Of a DNA stretch of 64,000 nt, positions 24,182 to 33,995 are shown piece by piece (the first letter of the stretch is position 1; each line of letters opens with the position of its first letter). A program made the translations under genes and the position numbers. The notes below the pieces were generated by a model. It saw only the letters and a program-made list of their open reading frames with translations, ran no database searches and was not told the DNA's origin. Origin of the DNA: Deinococcus sp. (lineage in GTDB: Bacteria > Deinococcota > Deinococci > Deinococcales > Deinococcaceae); the NCBI GenBank assembly GCA_965261005.1, contig OZ253375.1, forward strand, positions 1,440,001 through 1,504,000, written 5' to 3'.

Positions 24182-26215
24182 ATGTACGACTACGACCTGT
24201 CCCGGCGCCAGCAGCAAGGTCAGCAGCGGCCCCAACAGGAGCGCCCGCTCGCCTTTGCAGCCCCGCCCCAGCCGAGAACAGCCGCCTCCGACCGGGCAGA
24301 AGCCAAAAGCCGGCTCAAGCGGGCGCGCGACAGGCTGACGCACGCCGAGGAGAACCAACCGGAGACGGTCACGGCCTATAAGGCGCGCTACCAAGACGCC
24401 CTCGCCAGCCTGGACGCCTACCCACTGACCCCAGCAGAGCGGGCGAACCAAACCAAGTTCCTCCACTTCGATCCCCACAGGGACCTGTCTGGTGGCCCCG
24501 AACAGTTTTCACAAGAGCTGTACGAGCTGGCCTTTTCCCTCGACGGCATGTCCCTTGTGCTCGGCAAGCCGGCGATCAACCCGGCCAAGCTGAAACAACT
24601 CCTGCTCGCCCTCCCCGAAGAAAAGCTGAAAGACCTCTCCCGGCTCTACGTCGGTCGCCACGACAACAAGCAGGAATCCTTCTTCGTCAAGCTCACCGAC
24701 CTGCTCGGCACCGCGAAGGCCGTTCACCTGATGCGCGCCATCAACATGCCGCTGCCCATAGACGGGGAGCGGCTGACCTATGACGCCTTTATCGAACAGC
24801 TCACCGTCCGGCTGGCCTACATGAACGACGCCGAGTTCAGCGACCACGACGACAAGCAGGGCGCCCACCCCGCCAAGCTGCTGACGGCCTTCGGGTACAC
24901 GGCCGAACCGTTGGTGCTCGGCAAGTGGGGGTTGCAGTTCCGGGTGTTCCGGCCGGACGGCAAGCATGAAGCGCTGAACGCCAAGTACCCCCAGGTCATC
25001 CTCGCCCTGCGCGGCACCGAGGGCATCGGCTTTGACGTGGACGGGGCCGCCGTCCTCAAAAAGCTCGCCCAACAGGCGGGACCGCCCAACACAGCGCAGG
25101 GGGCGGACGTACAAGCCGCCATTGAGAGCGGGCTGGACACCTTGGTGGGAGACGGCATCGCCGCCGGCATCGGCTTACCGCAATTCGACCAGAACCAAGC
25201 GCTGATCGCGCAGTGGGTCCAACACGCCGCCCAGCTGAGCGCCACGGGCAAGCTGTGGGTTTCCGGGCACAGCTTGGGCGGCGCCCTGGCGCAGATCGTG
25301 GCCTCCCGCTTCGAGGGGAGCGTCAGCCGGGTCGTCACCTTCGAGTCGGCGGGCGTCAACCAAAAGGATGTTCAAAGCGTCGCCAAGAACAACAGGACAC
25401 ACGCGGGGGACAGCTTTACGAACAACGTGATCGGCGCCACCCACTACCGGGTGCGGGGGGACATCGTGCCGAACGGCGGGGACGGCTTTTTGCCAGGGAT
25501 CATTCAGTACTTCGACCGCTTGGAGAAGGGCAAGAACGACGCGGGCTTCACCAGCAGCACGGCGCTGCGGCCGGGACACTGGGCGGACTTCGCCACCAAA
25601 ACGCACGTCGCCTATCCGCTGACGGCCTGGCTGGGCAGCATGGACCCCGGCAACCTGACGGCGCAACAGAAGGCGATCCTTCAGTACGGCGTCAAGGACC
25701 GGCAATACACCGAACACCCCGGCACCCAAGTCCAGATGAACTATGAGGCGCAAGAGCACAGCGACTTCGATCCCCGGCTGAGCATGGAGACGGCGCGGGA
25801 CTGGGCGGCGCTGCTGGACATGACCAAGGACCTCTACGCCGGCACCTTCCAAGCCAACGTCGCCTACAACCTCTTGCTCGAAGAGGTCGAGAACCGGGTC
25901 AAGCAGATCGAAGACCCCAAGGACCTGGACAAGGTGCGGGCGTGGCTGAACAGCGGCGAGGCGGCGCACTTGCCGCTTTCCGAGAACGCCAAGCGCTTGG
26001 CGATTCAGATGGGACTGCCCGATTATACCGAAGACTTCGATCATCCCTTCGCCAACGCCCTGCCCATCCCCTCCTTCGCCTATAAAGCTTCCTTCTACAA
26101 GATGGCAAAGGATAAGGGTGTGAAGATTTCAGATAGGGTGTTGCGCGATGTTTTGAATCGCGTTCCCCAAATTTGGGAAATGTGGCATCCGGGCAAGAAG
26201 GCAAAGAGAACATGA
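24182..26215 (+). CDS. Large alpha/beta-hydrolase (lipase class 3-like) protein, possible toxin
   Basis: LALRGTE, SGHSLGGALAQ, VTFES.G, GDIVP; start taken at MYDYDL. Confidence 0.75.
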   Translation: MYDYDLSRRQQQGQQRPQQERPLAFAAPPQPRTAASDRAEAKSRLKRARDRLTHAEENQPETVTAYKARYQDALASLDAYPLTPAERANQTKFLHFDPHRDLSGGPEQFSQELYELAFSLDGMSLVLGKPAINPAKLKQLLLALPEEKLKDLSRLYVGRHDNKQESFFVKLTDLLGTAKAVHLMRAINMPLPIDGERLTYDAFIEQLTVRLAYMNDAEFSDHDDKQGAHPAKLLTAFGYTAEPLVLGKWGLQFRVFRPDGKHEALNAKYPQVILALRGTEGIGFDVDGAAVLKKLAQQAGPPNTAQGADVQAAIESGLDTLVGDGIAAGIGLPQFDQNQALIAQWVQHAAQLSATGKLWVSGHSLGGALAQIVASRFEGSVSRVVTFESAGVNQKDVQSVAKNNRTHAGDSFTNNVIGATHYRVRGDIVPNGGDGFLPGIIQYFDRLEKGKNDAGFTSSTALRPGHWADFATKTHVAYPLTAWLGSMDPGNLTAQQKAILQYGVKDRQYTEHPGTQVQMNYEAQEHSDFDPRLSMETARDWAALLDMTKDLYAGTFQANVAYNLLLEEVENRVKQIEDPKDLDKVRAWLNSGEAAHLPLSENAKRLAIQMGLPDYTEDFDHPFANALPIPSFAYKASFYKMAKDKGVKISDRVLRDVLNRVPQIWEMWHPGKKAKRT

Positions 26216-26700
26216 GTCTGCGCCTTATTTTGACTGTTTTAGTCGGCCTTTTTGCTATTAGCGTATTCGCCTATGCCGTAAGTCAAAAAGGGGCCGATAG
26301 AGTGACAACGCACTATACAACCGAAGCATTATTTGCAGAGATCAAAGCCAAAACTGAGAGCATAGGACTTAAGACTATACCCTGCCCGGAAGACACCACT
26401 ATAAAAGGGAACATACATCAATACTGTGCGGCTGCAAAAGGCGACTTGAAGACTGTTGCCGCTCAGATTGAGGAGGTCTTGGGCCAAGGTTGGTCCTACG
26501 ACATGCCTTGGCGCACTGATTACGGCGCTACCGCTTCCTCTTTCAAGCTCGACGCTCAACCTAACCTTGTCGTGGGTTTTGACTATGTTCCTAAGACGAT
26601 GACTGTGGTTGAGGGCTTCGAGCCATTAAAAGACTATGACGCTATGGTTGCGGTTATCGTTGAGGATGACAGCGAAGATAAAACGGCACCCGGCACCTAA
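26212..26700 (+). CDS. Exported hypothetical protein, candidate immunity protein
   Basis: ATGA-coupled to lipase gene; N-terminal signal/TM segment; visibly lower GC; two Cys. Confidence 0.65.
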   Translation: MSLRLILTVLVGLFAISVFAYAVSQKGADRVTTHYTTEALFAEIKAKTESIGLKTIPCPEDTTIKGNIHQYCAAAKGDLKTVAAQIEEVLGQGWSYDMPWRTDYGATASSFKLDAQPNLVVGFDYVPKTMTVVEGFEPLKDYDAMVAVIVEDDSEDKTAPGT

Positions 26701-26741
26701 ATGTTTTTCCGCCCCCTTCTTCCAAAGCTTGCGCGTAAGGG

Positions 26742-27068
26742 CTACAGCGCCGAGACGGCCAGCCGCGACAGCCACCCCGATTTCTTGCCCAGCAACTCGA
26801 ACAGCGTCACCGGCTCGCCGCGCTGTCGTGCCCGCACGGCCGGCACCCGTTCCGGCGAGCACCAGCACAACACCCCGCCGATACTCACGCCCAGACAGTA
26901 CACGCGCCCGGAAAGGTGTAAGGCGCGCAACGCCCGCCGCGTGCTCGCCAGGTCTGAAGTCGTAGGGTCGCCCTGGAAGACATAGGCGGCCAGCTCCAGG
27001 GTGTTCATCGCCGGCCCCTCTAGGGCTTCGAGAATGCCGCGTTGCACTTTGCCGGGGCCTCGGCTCAT
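26742..27068 (-). CDS. Small winged-helix-like hypothetical protein
   Basis: MSRGPG..QR.ILEAL...ELA...STRRALRAL...GRV; CACACT 6 nt before ATG. Confidence 0.55.
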   Translation of the reverse strand: MSRGPGKVQRGILEALEGPAMNTLELAAYVFQGDPTTSDLASTRRALRALHLSGRVYCLGVSIGGVLCWCSPERVPAVRARQRGEPVTLFELLGKKSGWLSRLAVSAL

Positions 27069-27275
27069 GGCCCAAGTGTGCCGCTAAGTGTTGCGAGGGG
27101 GAAGGGGCGACGGAACACTTGGCGAGTACAAAACGGATGGAAAGTGCCGACTATCGCGGGAGAAAGATTTACGGCCGTGGCGTATTGAAGCGGCGTCCTG
27201 CGGTTCTTCATCTGCTGGCCCGCCTGTACGAAGTTTCCGGCTGACGGTGCTGGGCGTTCTGCTTACAGTGGAGGG

Positions 27276-27458
27276 ATGAACAGCGTGGCGTGCGCCTGTG
27301 GCCGGGAGTGGCGCTTCCGAGCACACCCGCGCGGTCACATCGTCTACAGCAAGGGACGGGGCGCCTGGACCCCTTGGCCGGACAACCCGTGGCCCAGCAC
27401 CATCGAAAAGTTCCGCTGCGTTTGCGGAAAGCACTTGCGCCTCGACACGTTGAAGTAA
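27276..27458 (+). CDS. Possible small Zn-binding protein (CACG...CVCG)
   Basis: Two CxCG knuckles; ends 5 nt before the convergent gene's stop. Confidence 0.35.
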   Translation: MNSVACACGREWRFRAHPRGHIVYSKGRGAWTPWPDNPWPSTIEKFRCVCGKHLRLDTLK

Positions 27459-27463
27459 GGCGC

Positions 27464-28483
27464 TCACACTTCCCCCGGCAAGCCGCCGTGAACTTCGATT
27501 CTCGCCAGCGGGGCCGCGCGGCCCGCTCGCCGCTCTTGCATGGCCTCAAGTTCGTGCATGGCCTTGTACAATTGCCGCTCCAGGTGCGCCTCGTAGCGTT
27601 GCAGCTTCTCCAGGGTACGTTCGTCGGGCAGGGTGTGCGCCGCCTCTTGGCGCAGTTCGGCCGCCCGCGCGAGGTACTTGGGCAACACGGCGGCCTCGCG
27701 CTCCCAAGTCCACAGCGCCGGGTGCGCCGCCTCCTCCAGCTTGTTCCCGAAGACCTCGCGCACCAGGGCCAGCACGCCGGGCAGTTCGGCGGCCTCCCAT
27801 GCCCATTCGTCATCTTCGATCCACTGCACGGCCTCGCGGCTGGGCTTGGGGGTGTTCAGGGCCGCACCCGCGATGCGCTTGGCGCTCACCTTCTTGTTTT
27901 TGAGCGCCTGCAAGGCCCACTCGCCCAACAGGGAAACGGCGCTCTCGTCCGTTGGGAAGTGGTCGTTTTGGCCGGCAAGGTAGGCGCGCAGGAACGTCGA
28001 GGCGTTCGAGCGTTCCCGCACCGCCTCTTCCACGTCTTCGACCACCTCAATGCTCAGGGCGTGTTCGCCGCTGAGGTAGGGCAGGACGCGGCGCATGGCG
28101 GCGCGCAGGTCTTCGGCGCCCATGTAGGGCACGGGGGCATTCTTGCGAGCGTCGAGTTCGGCCAAGGCGCGCAGGTGGGGGCTTGAATTGCCCAGCACCA
28201 GTCCGGCCACGGCTTTGCGGGTGAGCTTGCCCAGTTCGGCCGCTTCCCAACCTTCCAAGCGCGACAGGCGCCACAGGGTCATGGCGACACGCCCGGCCAG
28301 CTTTTCTTCGAGGTAGCCCACGGGGGCGAGGCTATCGAGCACGCCGGCGCGGTGAAGGTCATAGGCGTCGCGCTCGAAGTCGGGCACGCTTTCGGAGAGG
28401 GCGCCGTGCTTGCGGGGGTTGAGGGCGCGCGGGTCGGGGGGCAGCAGCTCTTGGGTTTGTTTGGTAATTTCGCTGTTTGTCAT
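27464..28483 (-). CDS. Hypothetical protein of a type seen in integrated elements (N..KHG motif)
   Basis: NPRKHGALS...L.P...EE.LA...WRL.R and LQRYEAHLERQL; GGAGG RBS. Confidence 0.75.
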   Translation of the reverse strand: MTNSEITKQTQELLPPDPRALNPRKHGALSESVPDFERDAYDLHRAGVLDSLAPVGYLEEKLAGRVAMTLWRLSRLEGWEAAELGKLTRKAVAGLVLGNSSPHLRALAELDARKNAPVPYMGAEDLRAAMRRVLPYLSGEHALSIEVVEDVEEAVRERSNASTFLRAYLAGQNDHFPTDESAVSLLGEWALQALKNKKVSAKRIAGAALNTPKPSREAVQWIEDDEWAWEAAELPGVLALVREVFGNKLEEAAHPALWTWEREAAVLPKYLARAAELRQEAAHTLPDERTLEKLQRYEAHLERQLYKAMHELEAMQERRAGRAAPLARIEVHGGLPGEV

Positions 28484-28498
28484 GGGAACCTCCAAAGA

Positions 28499-28873
28499 TC
28501 AGGGCTGCCAGGCCGCGTGGGCGGTCCACAGCCTGAAGAGGGTGTGTTCAAGATCGCCGCCCGTCGCGTAGGTAGCGGCCCAGGTCAGCACGTACTCGCC
28601 CAGATCGGGCACTAGACCGTTTTCAAGTTGGGTGACGCGTCGCAAGTGCCCGACCGCCGCCGCGCGCACCATGCGGGCCAGCGGTTCGGGCAGCGGGGCG
28701 AAGTCCTGACGGGCATACAGGTGGGCCAGCACGGCGCCCTTGTGTTCGCGCACATCGGCCAGCAGTTCGGCGGGAATACCGCTCGCCGGCTCCAACCTCA
28801 GCTTTCCCGCTGGGCTGAGCGTGACCACCACGCCCAGCCCAGCGAGGGTGTCGAGCAAGCTCTGAGCATTCAC
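28499..28873 (-). CDS. TubC_N-like small protein
   Basis: LL..L...GV......GKLRL....P.ELL..VREHK..VL..L; coupled to primase stop. Confidence 0.65.
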   Translation of the reverse strand: MNAQSLLDTLAGLGVVVTLSPAGKLRLEPASGIPAELLADVREHKGAVLAHLYARQDFAPLPEPLARMVRAAAVGHLRRVTQLENGLVPDLGEYVLTWAATYATGGDLEHTLFRLWTAHAAWQP

Positions 28874-31638
28874 AGCTCCACCGCGTCCGGCTGACCTTCC
28901 GAAAAAACACCGGAAACACCCGAAACACCTTCAAGCCCCTCTGGCACGGCGTTTTCAGCCCGGTGTTTCTCCGGCATCTTTAGGGGTGTTTCGACAAACA
29001 CCGGGCGTTTGTCCGGTGTTTCGCTTAAAGCGGTGTTTTCAAGAAATGTCGTGCTGGACAGCGTTGCTTGGTCCTGTCCCGGTGTTATCGGTGTTTCAGG
29101 TATTTTTTTCCGCGTCTCTACCGCTTCCACCCGGTACGCGGCGTTGCCGGTGGCGGTCTTGCCGGCCGCCCGGATACGGTGGCCCCCAAACACCCGGTCC
29201 CGCCGTTGGGTGACGGCCCGCCCCACCCGCTTGAGGGCAGAGGCGCTTTGCCGACCTTCCCAGTAATCCGAACAGGCGTCAAGCCGCCGCATGGCCGCGT
29301 AGAACTCGCGCGCCCCGATGCTCTCGGCCCCGTGGTGCCTGTGCAAGTCGGCCAGTACCGCCGCCCACTCTTGCGGCTCAGAGTTGGCCGTTTCGTACAG
29401 CGCCTCACGGGCGCTGAGAAAGCCCGGCACGCCGGCCACGTCCAGAATGCCGCCGATGGTCGCCGTGTAACTCTCATAGCTGCCCAGCTTGCCGGTGCCG
29501 GCCGGACGGCCCGCCTGAAGCCAAGCGGTAATCAAACTGAGGCACGCCGACACCAGCATTGAGCGGTTCTCCTTCACCCACCCCAGCAAGTCCGGGTGTC
29601 TGAAGCCGGTGCGTTCTTCGGGCCGTTCCACGCCGGGGTCAAGCCGGATGGGCACGATACGGCGGGGCATGTCGTCGTCTAGTGCGACGTTGTTCCCGGT
29701 CGCCAACCACAGGGCGTCATTGGGCAGGGTGAGCATTTTGCTCTTGCCCAACAGGCGCCCCCGCCAAACGCGGGCGGTCAGGATGGCGGCCAGCGCCTCG
29801 CCCTTGAGGGTGTGAACGTTATCGAGCAAGATCACCCGCGCCCCCTCAAGCAGGGTGCTCGTCACGCGCTTCTCGAATTCGTCGCCGTCCCTGGGCTGGA
29901 CCATCACGCCAGCCGCGTGGCCCAGCGTGACGTGGGCGATCACCTCGGATAACAGCCCCTTCCCGCTGCCGCGCGTGGGGGCTTCGATCAGGTGTAGGGG
30001 GGTGGGGCCGTCAATCATGGCGCGCACGAAGGGCAGCAGCAGCGCGGCCAGGGTGTGCGCGAAACCGGCGTCATAGGGAGAGAAGGGAAAGTCTTGCAGC
30101 AACTCGCGTATCCAGCCCAGCGCAGTTTCGCCGGACATGTCGGCGCGCACCCCGTCCAAAGCGCCGGGGACAAGGTAGATACCGCTCGCGGCGTGGTAGC
30201 CGGCTTCATGGATCAGCTCGCCGGCCGCGCTGAATACGGGCGAGCTGGCGAGGGTGTGTAACGGCGACAAGGGCAGTTGGTCCACGCGGGCCAAGAGGTC
30301 CGGGGCAAGGTCGGCGGGCGGCCGGGCGGGCTTGTGGTCGGAGATGGTCTGCTTCTGCCCATCCTCATTGGTCTGAACTTGCTCTTTCACGATCACGAAG
30401 TCAGCCACGCGGTCTAGACGCCCCTTGAGCGCCACGGCGTCCAGAGAGATAAGGCGCTGGGCGCTTTCCAGTCGCACCAGCACGCCGCCACGCTTGAAGA
30501 TGACGGGCGGCTCATTGGCGGCGATCAGGGCGCGCTCGGCGTCGGCGGCCACGTCGCGCAAATGCCGGTCATTGGTGGCGATCACGGGACGCTGGCCGGG
30601 CGCGGGGTGCCCGCTTTTGGGCAGGGCCGGCACGCTGTAGCCCTGTTCGCGCAGATACGGCAAACCGCGCGCCCGGTCGGTCTTGCCCTCGCGCACGTTG
30701 TCGGCCCAGCGGTTCACTTCGGCGCCCCACTCTTCTGGAGTGCGGCTGGAGTCCGGGCACCACAGGACCAGCACTTCAGGACTTTTCAGTCCTTCGGCCA
30801 TTGCGTCCAAATTGCCGGCCCGCTGGCCCAGGTTGAGGAAGGCGGCCAGGGCGTCATGTCGCGCGTCCGGGGCTTTCTGTGAGGCCACCTCTAGCAGCAG
30901 CGGCACCGCTTCGGGGGCTAGATCGCCCTCAGCAGAGAGGGCCGGGCCGGTCGGATTTGTGGCCGTAGCCTTGGGCGCCTGTGCCAAGTCGCGCAACGTC
31001 TCGGCGGGGTTGGGCTTGATCCACTCGGCCAGCTCATCGGCAGGAATGCGGTCGCCTTCGGGCGTCTCAAGCCAGGTCTTGCCCAGCCGGTCGCCGTTCG
31101 GTTTCAGGGCGCCGTGATAGGGGATAAGGACCCAACGCGAGGCGGGCGTGTCGCCCATCGGGTACACCTCAGTGCTGGCCTTGAGTTTGGCGAGCCGGGC
31201 CAACCCCTTCAGCGCGTTGCGCATGACGCCATAGGGCAAGGGGGCGTCTGACCACAGCCACAAGTGCCAGCCTTTGCCAGAGGTGGAGCGTTCGAGATAG
31301 ACGCTTAGCCCCCGTTCGCGCGCCGCTTCGAGCACGGCCGCTTTAGTGGCCTCCATCATCTCGCCGGGGTAATCCTTGGCGTCAAGGTCCAGCAGGCCCA
31401 CGGGCGTTTCGTTGGCGAAGCCGGGCAGATAGCCAAGCCCGTAGGTCGCCGTCTTGCCGCCTATACCCAGATGGCGCCTGAGCATGTCGGACGTGACCGG
31501 CTCGCCTTCTTTGGTCACGACCTGTTTTTTGCCCTGGGCGGTCGTGCCGGTGTGGCGGCCATGCTTATTGAGGTTGGGCGGGAAATACGCGGCAAAGGTG
31601 GTGAGCACATCCAGCTCAAGGGTTGGAGCGGCGGTCAT
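28870..31638 (-). CDS. AEP-type primase fused to P-loop helicase-like domain
   Basis: LLDLD, ERSTSGKGWHLW and EVYP (AEP); APTRGSGKG, ILLDNV and LATGNN (P-loop). Confidence 0.85.
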   Translation of the reverse strand: MTAAPTLELDVLTTFAAYFPPNLNKHGRHTGTTAQGKKQVVTKEGEPVTSDMLRRHLGIGGKTATYGLGYLPGFANETPVGLLDLDAKDYPGEMMEATKAAVLEAARERGLSVYLERSTSGKGWHLWLWSDAPLPYGVMRNALKGLARLAKLKASTEVYPMGDTPASRWVLIPYHGALKPNGDRLGKTWLETPEGDRIPADELAEWIKPNPAETLRDLAQAPKATATNPTGPALSAEGDLAPEAVPLLLEVASQKAPDARHDALAAFLNLGQRAGNLDAMAEGLKSPEVLVLWCPDSSRTPEEWGAEVNRWADNVREGKTDRARGLPYLREQGYSVPALPKSGHPAPGQRPVIATNDRHLRDVAADAERALIAANEPPVIFKRGGVLVRLESAQRLISLDAVALKGRLDRVADFVIVKEQVQTNEDGQKQTISDHKPARPPADLAPDLLARVDQLPLSPLHTLASSPVFSAAGELIHEAGYHAASGIYLVPGALDGVRADMSGETALGWIRELLQDFPFSPYDAGFAHTLAALLLPFVRAMIDGPTPLHLIEAPTRGSGKGLLSEVIAHVTLGHAAGVMVQPRDGDEFEKRVTSTLLEGARVILLDNVHTLKGEALAAILTARVWRGRLLGKSKMLTLPNDALWLATGNNVALDDDMPRRIVPIRLDPGVERPEERTGFRHPDLLGWVKENRSMLVSACLSLITAWLQAGRPAGTGKLGSYESYTATIGGILDVAGVPGFLSAREALYETANSEPQEWAAVLADLHRHHGAESIGAREFYAAMRRLDACSDYWEGRQSASALKRVGRAVTQRRDRVFGGHRIRAAGKTATGNAAYRVEAVETRKKIPETPITPGQDQATLSSTTFLENTALSETPDKRPVFVETPLKMPEKHRAENAVPEGLEGVSGVSGVFSEGQPDAVEL
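28905..29105. repeat. GGTGTTT/AAACACC iteron-like array (putative ori) in the 3' end of the primase gene
   Basis: 9 exact and 4 one-mismatch copies in 200 bp, in both orientations. Confidence 0.75.
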
Positions 31639-31943
31639 GCCTGACCGCCTAGCTCGCCGCCCTCATGCCGGGCCAGCCACAGCAGGGCGTCTAGGGCGCG
31701 CACGGTGTAGAAGGCGGCCGGGCGCTGGGCCTCTAACTCGCGGTAGCGGCGGGCAGCGGCCGGGTCGTGCTGCGCTTCTTCGAGCAAGGCCCGCATTCGC
31801 TCGTTCAGGTCCCGCGCTTCGAGCCGAGCGAGCGCTAGGGCGTCTTGTAGTTCGACGGTCTGCTGGGCGAGGGCGACAGGATCGCTTACACTAAAGCCAG
31901 CGCCGCCCGCGCTGGCCTCGCCTGGAGTAAGCAGGCGGGGCAT
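31635..31943 (-). CDS. Hypothetical coiled-coil protein
   Basis: GAGGTG RBS; ATGA-coupled to primase. Confidence 0.65.
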   Translation of the reverse strand: MPRLLTPGEASAGGAGFSVSDPVALAQQTVELQDALALARLEARDLNERMRALLEEAQHDPAAARRYRELEAQRPAAFYTVRALDALLWLARHEGGELGGQA

Positions 31944-31946
31944 TTT

Positions 31947-32216
31947 TTAGTTCACCTCTTTCAAGTCCAGCCACCCTTGCAAGACTTCGCGGGCATCTGG
32001 TCGCCGCACCAGCTCCCACAGGTCTGCCTGTTCAGCAGTCGCGCGGGCCATGACGTGCTGAAGGTCGGCACGGTGGACAAGACGCTTGACGCCGGTCCCC
32101 ACACGCCCCGCCGTAACATGAGGAAGCAGCTCAGCAAGCCGAGTAGCGAGATCGCGGCCTAGAGAAAATTCTGAGCGGATGCCATTGACACCTATCAGGG
32201 CTTTGGTTTGAGTCAT
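31947..32216 (-). CDS. Small hypothetical, possible excisionase-like DNA-binding protein
   Basis: First gene of the replication operon; 'LPHV..G..G.KRLVHRADL'; TACCGT 6 nt before ATG. Confidence 0.55.
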   Translation of the reverse strand: MTQTKALIGVNGIRSEFSLGRDLATRLAELLPHVTAGRVGTGVKRLVHRADLQHVMARATAEQADLWELVRRPDAREVLQGWLDLKEVN

Positions 32217-32506
32217 GCCCTAACGGTAAAAGCGCATGGGGGCGCTTAGCCAGGAAACAGGTCCTCGTCTTCAAATTCCTTGACAATTCCAACCAATCGT
32301 GCTAAGCCTTTTGACCCCAAGAGCTGCTTTCTTATGGCATCGGCGCCAAGCACTTCAATACCGCGCTCGGCGTCTCTATCAGCAATCTCTTCAGGGCTAA
32401 GCCCCTCGGCAAGATGCCAGGCTAACCAGCGGTAGTGCTTGTCTGAAGCGAGCTTTTCCCGAGCCGGTGTATAACCGTACTCCTCATGCCATGCCAAGAT
32501 TTCATT

Positions 32507-33397
32507 AGACCTCTTGCGAAAGTCAGGAGGGTTGGGCGCGGGTAAGGTTACAGAGGGCGGCGATGAGCTGAACCCGAAGGGCAAAGCGACGCCGCCGATG
32601 TCGGTAGACGCCCTTGAGCACCCGAAAGACCTTCATGCGACGGATGACGTGTTCGATTCCTTGGCGGGTATAGGCCAGCACCCGGTTTTCTCGACGCTGC
32701 TCTTTGGTCAACGGCTTGGACTTGGTCGCCTTATGCGTGGTGATGGCGTGCCCGTGGCTTCTCCACAAACCCTGATACCCCGCATCCCCGATCAGGGCCG
32801 TGTCATGAGGAAACCGTACCCCAGACTGCCGAAACAGCTTGAGATCATGGATGGCTCCAGCACTCGTCGCCGTGCCCAGGATGTGCTGAGTCACGGTACA
32901 GATCAGGACTTGGAACTTCAAGGTGTGCCGCTTCTTCTTGCCGCTGTACCAGCGGCGCTGCTTTTTTTGGGTCGTTCACACGGCACTTCGGACGCATCGA
33001 CGGCCACGATGCTGTAGACCGTCTGCGCTTGCTGGAACACGCGCTTTCTAGGCATCTGGAACTGCTGGCTGGCGATCAGGGCTTCTTCGACACGTTCCAC
33101 CGTGCGGTGCACCGTGGTCTCATGGACGCCCCAGTCGTCACCCAGGTGCGCGAAGGTGCGGTACTCGCGCCAGAATTCCAGTGTCATCAGAAGTTGTTCA
33201 GCCACCCTGAGCGCGGCTGGACGACCAGATTTCTTCTTCTGTCCTTCTCGCTCGATCAGCACCGCTTCCATCTGGGCGAAGGTTTCGGGATACACCCCGG
33301 TGCGTCGGCGGAACTGCTTGCGGTTCATCTTCAGTGTCCGTCTCAGGCGATCTCGCTCCACCCCTTGAGCTTAACCCACGACTTTCGCAAGAGGTCT
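32507..33397 (-). mobile_element. IS5-family (ISL2-like) insertion sequence, 891 bp
   Basis: 18-bp perfect TIR AGACCTCTTGCGAAAGTC; 3-bp TSD ATT at 32504-32506 and 33398-33400. Confidence 0.92.
32523..33361 (-). CDS. IS5-family transposase in two ORFs joined by -1 frameshift
   Basis: FRRRTGV, VDASE..ERP, then in the -1 frame YSGKKKRHTLK, HD.KLF, D.GYQG, IEH; A7 run at 32962-32968. Confidence 0.88.
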
Positions 33398-33995
33398 ATT
33401 TGCATAGTCTTCAAGCGTGGCATGCGCTTTCGCCAAAAATTCCCTCTTCGATTCGTGTTTAGGAACGAAGAAGATATCAAGATGAGGCGGGTACGGTCGC
33501 CGTTTTTCCGAGCTAAAGCGCAAGCCGAGTCTATCGTACTCAGCATAGCTGAGGCACCCTTTTATTACGTCTGAGGCATCATGTACCCCTACTTCGAGCA
33601 GTTTGATACCGTGCTCCCCTATCCAGAAAGGGGGGAGGTAAGTATAGATTTTAGAGGTGTAATTTGGCGGCTCGCTTCTATAATCCATTGCTGTCATCAT
33701 GCCGTTAAGTTGTGCCCAGCGGCCTAGTGCGAGAGACAGTTTGCTTGGTTCTCCAAGCACATGAGAAATTCCATGCCAGTTGTCTCGATCACCCTCTATT
33801 CGTGCTTGTACAAACAGACGCAAATTAAGACGCCAAACATGTATACCGTGTTCATTACCTTTAAACAGTTCTTCGTATAAAAATTGAGCCTCAAGTAGTG
33901 GCGCGACATGTTGAGGGTATTCGCCGGCGAGAGCGGCAATCAGCAGTCAACGGGCGCGCTCCTGTTCCTGCTCAAGATGAAGCCAAGGGCGGCCA

